Shown piece after piece: positions 13,500 to 22,411 of a DNA stretch of 64,000 nt; position 1 is the first letter of the stretch; the number at the start of each line of letters is the position of its first letter. The stretch is taken from the IMG/VR virus record IMGVR_UViG_3300042923_000569, positions 1 through 64,000 of that record. One strand, given 5' to 3'. Position numbers and translations under genes: made by a program. The notes below the pieces were generated by a model, which saw only the letters and a list, made by a program, of their open reading frames with translations, was not told the DNA's origin and searched no databases.

Positions 13500-14205
13500 A
13501 TTGTACAATAAACTTACTTAGGTCTGGTTCAAAGAACCCCATACCTTTAAGTACTTTACCATCACCTGCACGATTGATAATATAAAATGTATTACCATTA
13601 TGTGTTACTTCACTAGTAGTTGCACCAATGTAATCATTTTTTCCTTCAATTACACGAGCTTTAATACTTTCATCTGCTTCAGTACGAGTTTTACAGAATT
13701 TGCTCATATTTGATTGGTGAACTTCATTAAATGCACCAATTAAATCAAAGTTATGTGCATGAGCAATACCAATTACTGAAAGTACAATGTTGTTTAAACC
13801 AATCTGAATAGTACGGCGGTCACCTTGAACTAGACCACGTTCAGTTTGATTGTAACCATCTTGAACATGTCTACGTGTGTCGTAAGCAGATGAAATTGTC
13901 ATTGCTTGAGACTTGACGCTCTGAAGATGAGAATACACTTCATGTTCAATTGATTCTAGACCAAACGTAGCATATGCACCATAAGCAACATAAAGTACAT
14001 CACAAATACCGTCTAGAATACCTTCTAGATTATCAGTATCAACTGAATCGAATAGTTCATTCTTACCGTTCATTTCTTCATCAATAAGACGTAAACGGAA
14101 GTTACCAACTTTAGTTGTAGGATTTTTCCATGAAGTGTTAACTTCTTGACCTGCAACTGACATAAACTCTACTACTGACTCAAATTGATTTGTTGTGGTA
14201 GTCAT
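13498..14205 (-). CDS. MazG/PRA-PH-like NTP pyrophosphohydrolase
   Basis: LIDEE...EL, LDGICDVLYVAYG, AFNEVHQSNMSK, DGKVLKG..F.EPDL; start set at the TAATG overlap. Confidence 0.85.
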   Translation of the reverse strand: MTTTTNQFESVVEFMSVAGQEVNTSWKNPTTKVGNFRLRLIDEEMNGKNELFDSVDTDNLEGILDGICDVLYVAYGAYATFGLESIEHEVYSHLQSVKSQAMTISSAYDTRRHVQDGYNQTERGLVQGDRRTIQIGLNNIVLSVIGIAHAHNFDLIGAFNEVHQSNMSKFCKTRTEADESIKARVIEGKNDYIGATTSEVTHNGNTFYIINRAGDGKVLKGMGFFEPDLSKFIVQ

Positions 14206-14591
14206 TACCATTCTCCATAATATGCATCACCGTACTGAACAGTGATGTGTCCGATTTCTGCGAATTGTGGTTCAATATTCGAAAGAATAAAAAGCAAATC
14301 CTCGCAGTACTTCTTAATGTATTCTTCACTAAAATCAGAACTTTTAATCTGAATTAGAATGTTTGTTGCATTTGATGAACCGCCAATAAAAGTACTATCA
14401 TCGTATTCATAAATGGCATCTAGTAATTCACCCTCAAAAGGTGAATCGAAAAGACCGGCGGTTAAATCAATTGATACTAACGATTCTGCAAACTCATTAA
14501 GATGTAATTTCTTAATTGTTCTTTTAGAACGTGCTGATGTTTTTGGTAATGATTCTTTTACTTTTGAAAATGTATACTGCATTTTTATCAC
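14205..14591 (-). CDS. yggL: YggL/DUF469-like ribosome-associated protein
   Basis: RSKRTIKKLHLNEF vs E. coli RSRRLRKKMHIDEF; C-terminal DAYYGEW vs DVWWD. Confidence 0.7.
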   Translation of the reverse strand: MIKMQYTFSKVKESLPKTSARSKRTIKKLHLNEFAESLVSIDLTAGLFDSPFEGELLDAIYEYDDSTFIGGSSNATNILIQIKSSDFSEEYIKKYCEDLLFILSNIEPQFAEIGHITVQYGDAYYGEW

Positions 14592-14821
14592 TTGCGATTA
14601 GTACGACGAGCTTTACGAGCTACTTTATTTGAAGCACGACGTTTTGCTTTAATTTTACGCTTCAATGCTTTATCTGAATCTTTCTTCATATAATAACCAG
14701 AAAGACGTTCAATCATTTTACGAGTATATTCAAGGTCCGCTTCAGTCATTTCATAACCAGGAACTTCTTCTGCTGCTGCTTCTAGATTGTTGTTTACCAT
14801 TTGATTTAGTTTCTCGTTCAT
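14588..14821 (-). CDS. Hypothetical protein with basic tail
   Basis: Ends KRRASNKVARKARRTNRK; first gene after the promoter at 14850. Confidence 0.6.
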   Translation of the reverse strand: MNEKLNQMVNNNLEAAAEEVPGYEMTEADLEYTRKMIERLSGYYMKKDSDKALKRKIKAKRRASNKVARKARRTNRK

Positions 14822-14849
14822 AATTTTTCCTTTTTCTGTGAACTCAATT

Positions 14850-14878
14850 ATTATACCACAAATCTTTCGTCTGTTTCA
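14850..14878 (-). promoter_or_regulatory. TGAAAC-class promoter
   Basis: TGAAAC-17-TATAAT, TGg. Confidence 0.8.
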
Positions 14879-15078
14879 TTTTCTTGCCGATTTAGAATAG
14901 GCATGAAGTATGCAATTTTATCTGTAGGAATATGCTGCAATCCCTGTAGTACTATGCCATTGTCATAAGTTTCAATGATCATGTCAGTAAACTGTTCACC
15001 CGATATTAGTTTAATGTAATACGGATATGATGGATCAAAAGAGAACACATCTTGAATTGTTGGATTTTGATTAGCCAT
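14851..15078 (-). CDS. Hypothetical protein (start likely MANQN; the longer call overlaps a terminator)
   Basis: Open frame, weak SD. Confidence 0.4.
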   Translation of the reverse strand: MANQNPTIQDVFSFDPSYPYYIKLISGEQFTDMIIETYDNGIVLQGLQHIPTDKIAYFMPILNRQENETDERFVV

Positions 15079-15094
15079 TAATATAATTCTCATT

Positions 15095-15118
15095 AAAAAA
15101 GGAGGCATAGCCTCCTTT
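15095..15118 (-). terminator. nrdB terminator
   Basis: AAAGGAGGC/GCCTCCTTT stem plus T run. Confidence 0.8.
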
Positions 15119-15123
15119 AGTTA

Positions 15124-16245
15124 TTATAGTTCGAAACTTCCGAATGATTCTTCAGAAATATCATTTACAACACCACCAAGAATATAAGAACTGATTTCAG
15201 TTTCTTGTGGAGCTACCTGTACATCGGCACCAGCAATCCAGCTTTGTGTCCAAGGTAAAGGATTATTTTGACTTACACTGTACGGACATTTTACGCCTGC
15301 TGCCATCATACGTTTAGAACCAATCCAACGAACATACTGCTTAAGAATTGCTGCATTTAGACCAATGATAGAACCATCTTTGAATAGGAAATCAGCCCAT
15401 TCTTCTTCCTGAACAATTGCGTCCATGAACATTGTCTGTACTTCATCTGCACATTCTTCTGCAATTTTAGCGAAGTCTGGATCTTCCTTTTTCAATAAGC
15501 GTAACATCATTTGAGTTGCACCTAAGTGAATATTTTCATCACGACAAATGAAACGAATGATCTTAGCATTACCTTCCATTTTTTCATTCTCTGCAAAACT
15601 CCATGAACAAGCAAAGCTTACATAGAAACGAATACCTTCTAAGATGTTGATACTATTGATACATAACCATAGTTTCTTTTTCAATTCATAAAGATCAACT
15701 ACAACTTCTTCGCCGTTGACAACGTGTGTACCCACGCCTAATAGACGATACTTAAGAATGTAGTCATCAAGATCATCATAGTACTTTGCAATATCATCAG
15801 CACATGATGTAATTTCAGGAATATCTAACATGGTGTCAAATACTTCTGATGGGTTTGCATATACGTTACGAATAATATGTGTATACGAACGGCTATGAAT
15901 ACTTTCAAAAAACGCCCAAGTTTCAATGAATGATTCAATCTCAGGTAAAGAAGCAATTGGTAGTAGAGCTAAGTTAGGACCACGACCTTGTACTGAATCA
16001 AGAAGAATCTGACGCTTTAGATTTGATGTGAAAATATGACGTTCATGATCCTGTAGTGATTTAAAATCAATACGGTCTTTAGAAAGGTCAACTTCCTGTG
16101 GACGCCAGAAGAAACTCTGATGGCTCTCTGTCATTTTTTCAAATGGAGAGTACTTAACTGTATCATAACGCTGAATGTCAACTGACTCATCCAAGAACAT
16201 ATTTTTAAGTAGGTGAGAGGTTTCATTCTTTTTAAATACTGACAT
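15124..16245 (-). CDS. nrdB: Class Ia ribonucleotide reductase beta subunit
   Basis: FFWRPQEVD, LDSVQGR, ESIHSRSY, EGIRFYVSF, RDENIH. Confidence 0.97.
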   Translation of the reverse strand: MSVFKKNETSHLLKNMFLDESVDIQRYDTVKYSPFEKMTESHQSFFWRPQEVDLSKDRIDFKSLQDHERHIFTSNLKRQILLDSVQGRGPNLALLPIASLPEIESFIETWAFFESIHSRSYTHIIRNVYANPSEVFDTMLDIPEITSCADDIAKYYDDLDDYILKYRLLGVGTHVVNGEEVVVDLYELKKKLWLCINSINILEGIRFYVSFACSWSFAENEKMEGNAKIIRFICRDENIHLGATQMMLRLLKKEDPDFAKIAEECADEVQTMFMDAIVQEEEWADFLFKDGSIIGLNAAILKQYVRWIGSKRMMAAGVKCPYSVSQNNPLPWTQSWIAGADVQVAPQETEISSYILGGVVNDISEESFGSFEL

Positions 16246-16254
16246 TGTTTTTCC

Positions 16255-17028
16255 TTATGTGTTAATCTTTTTTCCAAGTTTATATGACAACCAGTGAATA
16301 TCACGTAGGCCGTCTTTAGAAGTAGCGTGAAGTTCTAATAGTTCGTTCCATGTTAGAACAGTAGTATCTAATGGTGTATGTGCATGATAACGATCAATAC
16401 CGTCTTGACATGGATCAAACGCCATAATTTGTGCACCGGTAATAGTTGCTGCTGGTGCGGCAAGACCTAATAAACTTCTTATATCATCCGAAATAATTTG
16501 GAACGTTGCTAATGCTGCAACACTCAACTGATCCCATTTTTCTTTGATGAAATCTACCGTTAATTTCTGGTAACGAGAAATATAATTACTATCCAAGTAC
16601 TCCCATTTTTCTTTGATAAAATCAACTGTCATCGTTTGATAACGGGAAATTTGTTCACCAACTTTATCTGAGAATGATAATAACTGATCCCACTTATCTT
16701 TCAAGAAATCTTCTGTTAGTGTTTGGTACTTAGTAATAGTTTCAATTGCGGTGGATTGAAAATCGCTCCACTTTTCTTTAATTAATTCAATTGGCATGAT
16801 TACGTACTGTGCAATCACATTTTTGTTAAACCAAGCCCACTTTTCTTTAATAAAATCCATTGTCATTGTTTGGTAACGAACTAATGCGTTTGCATCTAAA
16901 CGATGAAAATGTTTTTCAATAAAGTCTTGTGGTAGTTTTTGATATTGAATAACTTGGTTCATATCCAAGTCATCCCAAAATTCCTCAATAAATTCCAAAT
17001 CCATTGGTTTTGTATAATCGACTTTCAT
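16255..17028 (-). CDS. Protein of about 23-aa tandem repeats (I.xYQ.LT.DFIKEKW; tryptophan-repeat-like) with a small C-terminal domain
   Basis: About 7 repeats; 69-bp DNA periodicity (16532 vs 16601). Confidence 0.75.
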   Translation of the reverse strand: MKVDYTKPMDLEFIEEFWDDLDMNQVIQYQKLPQDFIEKHFHRLDANALVRYQTMTMDFIKEKWAWFNKNVIAQYVIMPIELIKEKWSDFQSTAIETITKYQTLTEDFLKDKWDQLLSFSDKVGEQISRYQTMTVDFIKEKWEYLDSNYISRYQKLTVDFIKEKWDQLSVAALATFQIISDDIRSLLGLAAPAATITGAQIMAFDPCQDGIDRYHAHTPLDTTVLTWNELLELHATSKDGLRDIHWLSYKLGKKINT

Positions 17029-17041
17029 TTATTACACCGAT

Positions 17042-17065
17042 AAAAAATCCCGTCAGTGACGGGAT
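17042..17065 (-). terminator. Terminator between nrdA and the repeat gene/nrdB
   Basis: ATCCCGTC/GACGGGAT plus T run. Confidence 0.7.
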
Positions 17066-17073
17066 ATTTAATT

Positions 17074-19404
17074 TTAAATTTTACAACTATCGCAATCTTC
17101 TTCATCTTCTTCCATTGGTGGAAGTTGAATCACGATACCTTTTTCTTTCTTCACATCTTCCAATTTATCCAAATCAACTTCACCTGAACCATCATTGGTA
17201 TTCATATAATAAAGATTTTTTAATCCGTACTTATAACACTTCATTAAGTCTTCAAGTAACATAGACATAGATAATTTTTTATCTGGATAGTTTTCTGGAT
17301 TATAACTGGTATTTGCACTAATACTTTGGTCAATGTATTTTTGTAATACCCCACAGATCTTAATGTAACCATCGTTACTTGTCTGTTCCCAAAGTAGGGT
17401 GTACTTATTCTTTAATTTTCCAATCTCAGGAACAACTTGTTTTAGAATACCATCTTTAGATGCTTTAACTGAAACTAAGTTACGTGGTGGTTCAATACCA
17501 TTAGTACTGTTACTGATTTGTGCAGAAGTTTCTGCTGGCATTAGTGCCATAGTTGTTGCATTGCGAATACCATATTGAGCAATGTCAGCACGTAGTGTAT
17601 CCCAATCCATTTTTAATTCTGTTCCTACTAGAGAATCAATACTTCTCTTGTAAGTGTCAATTGGTAGAATTCCTTTAGCATATTTTAGATTCTCAAACTT
17701 CTCACAACGACCTTGCTCTTTAGCAAGCTGTACTGAGGATTTAAGCAAATAATATGACCAAGCTTCTGACCACTCATTGATAGTTGCTAGTGCTCCGTCA
17801 TCGTAACGTAAGCCACGCTTAGCCAAGAAGTATGCTAAGTTGATGATACCTACACCTAACGGACGATAAGCCTTTGTAGCTCGTTCTGCGTGGATTACAG
17901 GGTATTCCTGATAGTCAAGTAGTGCATCTAATGCACGTACTGCCAAGTCACATGCTTCTTCCATTTCAGAAGGAGTGTCAAAGTTGCCCCAATTAATAGC
18001 AGCCAAAGTACAGAGACTTATTAAACCATTCTCATCATCTTTAACATCTTCAAACGGAATTGAAGGTAATGCTATTTCCTGACATAAGTTACTTTGCTCA
18101 ACTGGTGCAACTTTCTCATCGAATGGTGAGTGTTCATTAGTCAAGTCAATATTCTGAACATAGATACGACCTGTCTCAGAACGCTCTGTCATGAACTGTG
18201 AGAAGGCTTCAATAGCAGTCAATGTCTTGCGACGGATACTAGGATCATTCTCGTACTGAACGTATAGACGCTCAAATTCGGCCTGATCTGAACAGAACGC
18301 ATCATACAACCCAGGAACATCACTTGGTGAGAAGAATGTAATATTCTTACGATCAAGCAAACGCTGATATAGTGTTTTGTTAAACTGGAAACAATAATCC
18401 AACTGGCGAACACGAGAGTTCTCAGTACCTTTATTGTTTTTAAGAACAATCAGATCTTCAAATTCATAATGCCATAATGGAAAGTGGACTGTTGCTGCTC
18501 CGCCTCGAACACCACCCTGCGAACAGGATTTAACAGTTTTTGCAACTGCCGATAGGAATGGAATAAGACCAGTATGTACTGCATCACCGCCGCGAATCTC
18601 AGAACCAACGGCACGAACTCGACCATAGTTTACACCAAGGCCAGCTTTCTTAGAGATATATTTCATGATAGCAGAGTTACCTGCTGCAATACTATCTAGG
18701 CTGTCACCAACGTTAAGTACTACACAAGAGCTAAACTGGCGTGTATTAGTACGTAGACCTGCCATGATAGGGGTAGGTAAACTAATATCAAAATTACTTA
18801 CTGCATCATAAAACTTTTTAACCCACTGAATACGATTTTCAGTATAATTCATGAATACGATAGCTGAAATCATCATATATGCCATTTGAGGAGTTTCAAA
18901 GATTTTACCTTCGATTCCTTTTTTTGGATTGGCACGGTTTTGAAGTAAGTATTTTCCTTCCCATTGCTTCATTGCAACAAACGTAAATTTATCATCACGT
19001 TTGTGTTTGATATAACGACCAAGTTCTTCTAACTCTTGAGTAGAATACTTTTCAAAAATTTCTTTATCGTATTTTCCAATTTCTACTAGTTTGGTAACAT
19101 GGTCGATGAATTTGATTGGCTCATAGCTACCATATACTTGCTTGCGAAGAGAATAATTAATCAATCTTCCTGCAACATATTGGTAATTAGGAGTTTCTTC
19201 AGAAATTAGCTCCGAAGCGGCCTTAATTAGAATGTCGTGAATGGTTTGGGTATTCATACCTTCAAAAAACTGAAGCTGTGAACGCATTTCAATTTCTGAA
19301 ACTGAAACTCCGGTTAGACCTTCACACGCAAAAAATAAAATCTGGTGAATTTTATCTAAATCAAGTGCTTCCTTTGCACCATCACGTTTAGTAACGTTAA
19401 TCAT
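17074..19404 (-). CDS. nrdA: Class Ia ribonucleotide reductase alpha subunit with ATP cone
   Basis: VTKRDG ATP cone, PTPIMAG, SSC, SNLCQEI, MPAETS, C-terminal CDSCKI. Confidence 0.97.
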   Translation of the reverse strand: MINVTKRDGAKEALDLDKIHQILFFACEGLTGVSVSEIEMRSQLQFFEGMNTQTIHDILIKAASELISEETPNYQYVAGRLINYSLRKQVYGSYEPIKFIDHVTKLVEIGKYDKEIFEKYSTQELEELGRYIKHKRDDKFTFVAMKQWEGKYLLQNRANPKKGIEGKIFETPQMAYMMISAIVFMNYTENRIQWVKKFYDAVSNFDISLPTPIMAGLRTNTRQFSSCVVLNVGDSLDSIAAGNSAIMKYISKKAGLGVNYGRVRAVGSEIRGGDAVHTGLIPFLSAVAKTVKSCSQGGVRGGAATVHFPLWHYEFEDLIVLKNNKGTENSRVRQLDYCFQFNKTLYQRLLDRKNITFFSPSDVPGLYDAFCSDQAEFERLYVQYENDPSIRRKTLTAIEAFSQFMTERSETGRIYVQNIDLTNEHSPFDEKVAPVEQSNLCQEIALPSIPFEDVKDDENGLISLCTLAAINWGNFDTPSEMEEACDLAVRALDALLDYQEYPVIHAERATKAYRPLGVGIINLAYFLAKRGLRYDDGALATINEWSEAWSYYLLKSSVQLAKEQGRCEKFENLKYAKGILPIDTYKRSIDSLVGTELKMDWDTLRADIAQYGIRNATTMALMPAETSAQISNSTNGIEPPRNLVSVKASKDGILKQVVPEIGKLKNKYTLLWEQTSNDGYIKICGVLQKYIDQSISANTSYNPENYPDKKLSMSMLLEDLMKCYKYGLKNLYYMNTNDGSGEVDLDKLEDVKKEKGIVIQLPPMEEDEEDCDSCKI

Positions 19405-19407
19405 CGT

Positions 19408-19417
19408 ACATCCTTGT
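19408..19417 (-). promoter_or_regulatory. ACAAGGAUGU over the nrdA SD (CsrA consensus-like)
   Basis: Exact ACANGGANGU pattern just upstream of the ATG at 19404. Confidence 0.45.
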
Positions 19418-19446
19418 CGTTGTTTTTCTTAAAAATCTTAGTTTTA

Positions 19447-19452
19447 TATTTA
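19447..19452 (-). promoter_or_regulatory. Late-type TAAATA upstream of nrdA
   Basis: ATAAATA just downstream of a weak terminator (AGGC/GCCT plus T6). Confidence 0.4.
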
Positions 19453-19477
19453 TTAGGGGCGAAAAAAGGCGGGAGCC

Positions 19478-20056
19478 TTAAAGTGCATCCCACCCGCGAA
19501 TTATGAATTCCACAGTACAACTTTCAGCACTATCATTTGATAATGTGATTGCCATTCTGTTTGTTCCCGTATCGAAAGCTGGGTCTTCAAATTCGATGAC
19601 CACTAAACCTTCTGTTTGATTTGTATTGTTTTGTTGGGCGATAAGTACTGTACCGTCCTGAACCACAAGTTGTACTGCACCAGATTCAAGCAATGTACTA
19701 CCAGACGCATTACTGAATGCTACGTATTCAATAAACACACGAGAAGTACTTTGTATGTTTACAGTAGCATTACCATTTGCTGGAACTGTTACTTTATATG
19801 GTTTGTTTACTAGTGTATTGATGATATTCCAAGGGGTGAATTCTGTAAGAATCTCTACGTTCTCTTTACCAGAATTAGGGGCGTTTTCCCAGGTGCGGCC
19901 TGCAACAATAGATGCAGGTTCAGATGTGCTTGGTAATCCAATGAATACACGACCAACATCAGTACTGAATCCTACCTGACCTTTCTCTAGTGCTAGAGGC
20001 AGGTCACGCTGTTTACCCATTCGAACTTGCATCAATGCAATTTCTTTTTGAGCCAT
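19478..20056 (-). CDS. Virion structural protein (fibre/collar-type N-terminal domain)
   Basis: QVRMG...LP.AL..G.VGFSTD.GRVFIG motif typical of phage fibre N-termini; late promoter. Confidence 0.55.
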   Translation of the reverse strand: MAQKEIALMQVRMGKQRDLPLALEKGQVGFSTDVGRVFIGLPSTSEPASIVAGRTWENAPNSGKENVEILTEFTPWNIINTLVNKPYKVTVPANGNATVNIQSTSRVFIEYVAFSNASGSTLLESGAVQLVVQDGTVLIAQQNNTNQTEGLVVIEFEDPAFDTGTNRMAITLSNDSAESCTVEFIIRGWDAL

Positions 20057-20084
20057 AACTAAAATCTCCTATTAAAGTATAGAA

Positions 20085-20639
20085 TTATTTAGTACTTTCG
20101 TCTTTCGCTTTAACTTCAGCAATACGAATGTCAATTAGCTCATTTACTTTAGCTCCATCTACAGCAGTAAGAATTGGTGCTGGTACAGCACTCTTAAGGT
20201 GTTTTAGATATGGTGCAAAAGATTTAAATTCTTTTTCTTGAAGTGCGGTGTTAATTACATCAACATCTTCTTGTGCACTTTCGGTGCGAACGATTTCAAC
20301 TTCATCATCAGCAATAACAACTGAATTTTTAATTTCTTCTAAATCTTGTTGTTGTTCAACAGTATTAGTTTTATAATTTTCAATGGTTTCATTTACTGAA
20401 GTAGTTTCATCAACTACTGGTTCATCTTGAATCATAATATCAGCGATTTCTTCAGCAATTTGTTCTGCTGTTTTTCCACCACGAACTTTATAATCTTTCA
20501 CTGCTGAAATTAGTTTTACTGGAAGCGGTAGTGCGTCAAGGTCAGCTTCTGATAATTTAATCAGTTCCTGAATATCATAGCCTTTTGCTTGTACTGCTTT
20601 AATTGCGAATAAATCTTGTTTCATTGCTCTAGTTCCCAT
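20085..20639 (-). CDS. Hypothetical acidic protein
   Basis: Open frame in operon; possible HhH-like N-terminus. Confidence 0.6.
   Translation of the reverse strand: MGTRAMKQDLFAIKAVQAKGYDIQELIKLSEADLDALPLPVKLISAVKDYKVRGGKTAEQIAEEIADIMIQDEPVVDETTSVNETIENYKTNTVEQQQDLEEIKNSVVIADDEVEIVRTESAQEDVDVINTALQEKEFKSFAPYLKHLKSAVPAPILTAVDGAKVNELIDIRIAEVKAKDESTK
20086..20091 (-). promoter_or_regulatory. Late-type TAAATA-N4-TATAC
   Basis: 30 nt before ATG 20056. Confidence 0.55.
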
Positions 20640-20641
20640 TT

Positions 20642-21343
20642 TTACATTTCTCCACGCTGAGTATAATATTGCTCTACTCGTTCAATCCACATACGTTTAG
20701 CTTCTTCGAAGTCTTCACCTTCTATAATAAATTCTTGATAGACAAGATTTTCAGGATCTGCTCGAACACAAATAAAAATAACACCACGTTGAATATCAGT
20801 TCCGTGTTGTTGATTGTGTGCCAAGGCATAAGCGGCTAACTGAAGACGATAGTTTTCAATATATTCCCACGTCTTAGGTTTTCGTGAATTTTTATAATCC
20901 ATTATAGAAGGGATACCGTTGTGCATTCCTACTAAGTCTGTCGTTCCAGCCCAAAGACCATTATAAAACAACGGAACTTCCTGGCCCCAAATCTCATTGA
21001 TAGCAGGCCATGCATTCATCTGAATACAATCTGCCATGTTTCGGGCAAGTACTCGTATTGGCATTCCACCATGATGATCAGGATCGCCAACTAATCTGCG
21101 TTCCAAATTCTCATGCATGAAGGTTCCGACTGTGGTTGCTTCTAATGTTATTTCTTTTGCTGCGGCTTCACCGACTCTTGCTCTCCACTTCTTCAATCCT
21201 TCATCATCAGAGGTGGCACTTAGTATTGTAGTCACGGATGGTAGGTTTCCACTTGGGGTAGAATAAAGGCGACCATCGGGGCCGCCTTCAATTCGTTCAT
21301 AACCGACATACGTGTACTTATTGATAATAGGTGGAATGTACAT
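20642..21343 (-). CDS. PD-(D/E)XK exonuclease (MGME1/cyanophage exonuclease-like)
   Basis: LPSVTTILS, GT..H..LE, E..L....WAGT.D, IMDYKNS, QL.AYA.A. Confidence 0.85.
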   Translation of the reverse strand: MYIPPIINKYTYVGYERIEGGPDGRLYSTPSGNLPSVTTILSATSDDEGLKKWRARVGEAAAKEITLEATTVGTFMHENLERRLVGDPDHHGGMPIRVLARNMADCIQMNAWPAINEIWGQEVPLFYNGLWAGTTDLVGMHNGIPSIMDYKNSRKPKTWEYIENYRLQLAAYALAHNQQHGTDIQRGVIFICVRADPENLVYQEFIIEGEDFEEAKRMWIERVEQYYTQRGEM

Positions 21344-21353
21344 CCTGTACTCC
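21333..21353 (-). promoter_or_regulatory. Hairpin covering SD and AUG of the exonuclease, loop CAGGAUG
   Basis: GGA-GUAC-AGGAU-GUAC-AU-UCC. Confidence 0.45.
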
Positions 21354-21356
21354 TAT

Positions 21357-21385
21357 ATTATAGCACATGTTTTTCGTTTGTTTCA
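21357..21385 (-). promoter_or_regulatory. TGAAAC-class promoter
   Basis: TGAAAC-17-TATAAT, TGc. Confidence 0.8.
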
Positions 21386-21386
21386 A

Positions 21387-21719
21387 TTATCTTTGTTTTA
21401 AATTACTTGCTGCTGCTTTTGTTGCCATATCACTTACTTGTTCTTCTGAAGATTCTGCATTATCACCACTTGGAGTAGTGTCAGTACCTTGTAAAGTTAC
21501 TATGTCAGAATTTGCATCCTGAACAAAAGGAAGTGTGTTTAAAATGTCCATAATTACATTATACGGAACATCGATATTAGTTCTCTTTTTGATTTCATTA
21601 ACCAAAGATTGAACACTAACCTGTTCTCTGCCAGTGGCAATTAAGGATAGTGCTATAGTACTAATCATATTACGTATATCTTTACCTGGTGCATCTTCGG
21701 TTATTTGACTGAACCTCAT
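21387..21719 (-). CDS. Hypothetical, probable head-associated protein
   Basis: MRFSQITED N-terminus (I-x-E site). Confidence 0.6.
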   Translation of the reverse strand: MRFSQITEDAPGKDIRNMISTIALSLIATGREQVSVQSLVNEIKKRTNIDVPYNVIMDILNTLPFVQDANSDIVTLQGTDTTPSGDNAESSEEQVSDMATKAAASNLKQR

Positions 21720-21731
21720 ATGTACCTCCGG

Positions 21732-22379
21732 TTATTTTAGGATCTTTAGAACCTTAGCAATTTTACTTTCGTTCTCTGATAACCATTGATTCATTTCAGC
21801 TTTAGAGCTAAAGTACTTGTTACCAACAGAACCTTTAACGCTTTCTAGTTGGATACCAATACGTTTAGACTTAGCTGATTCTTTCATCGCACGGTCAATT
21901 GGAGTTGGTTCAGGAAGTGCTTCAGCATCATCTGTTAGATCCGCATCTGATTCAAAATCAAAATCATCACCATCAACATCGATATTAACATCATCGAATG
22001 AACTTTCGTCAGAACCCAAATCAGAAACTGCTGGAGAACTTGTAATATCACCAGTTAGTTTTAGAGTTTCAGTACTGATCTTATCTTTAACATCCATAAT
22101 AGTTTTTACTGCATGGTCTAATAGACCACTGATGTTATTACGGAAGCTTTCTGCTGCATCCAAACCATGTTCAGCTTTAATACGGTCCAATAGTGGACCA
22201 AGTACGTCAACACCCATGTTGTTAATAACTTCAGCTTGACGTTGTAGTTTATCTACGATTTCACCCTTAACGGCTAGTACGATTTCAGCTTTCTCAATAT
22301 TTGATTCATTTAGATGAACAAAATTTAGAGCTTCAACACGACTACCGGATTCCATCATTTTTTGAAATTTCTTTGACAT
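21732..22379 (-). CDS. Hypothetical, probable head-associated protein
   Basis: MMES/LNES/MKES motifs, acidic linker; TAAATA at 22413-22418. Confidence 0.6.
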   Translation of the reverse strand: MSKKFQKMMESGSRVEALNFVHLNESNIEKAEIVLAVKGEIVDKLQRQAEVINNMGVDVLGPLLDRIKAEHGLDAAESFRNNISGLLDHAVKTIMDVKDKISTETLKLTGDITSSPAVSDLGSDESSFDDVNIDVDGDDFDFESDADLTDDAEALPEPTPIDRAMKESAKSKRIGIQLESVKGSVGNKYFSSKAEMNQWLSENESKIAKVLKILK

Positions 22380-22411
22380 TTACTATTTCCTTATAAATGA
22401 AATTTATATCC

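Noticed and set aside
16255-17028. Homing endonuclease or CRISPR-like array at nrdA-nrdB
   Set aside because: Repeats are in-frame 69-bp coding repeats without unique spacers; no HNH, GIY-YIG or LAGLIDADG motif.
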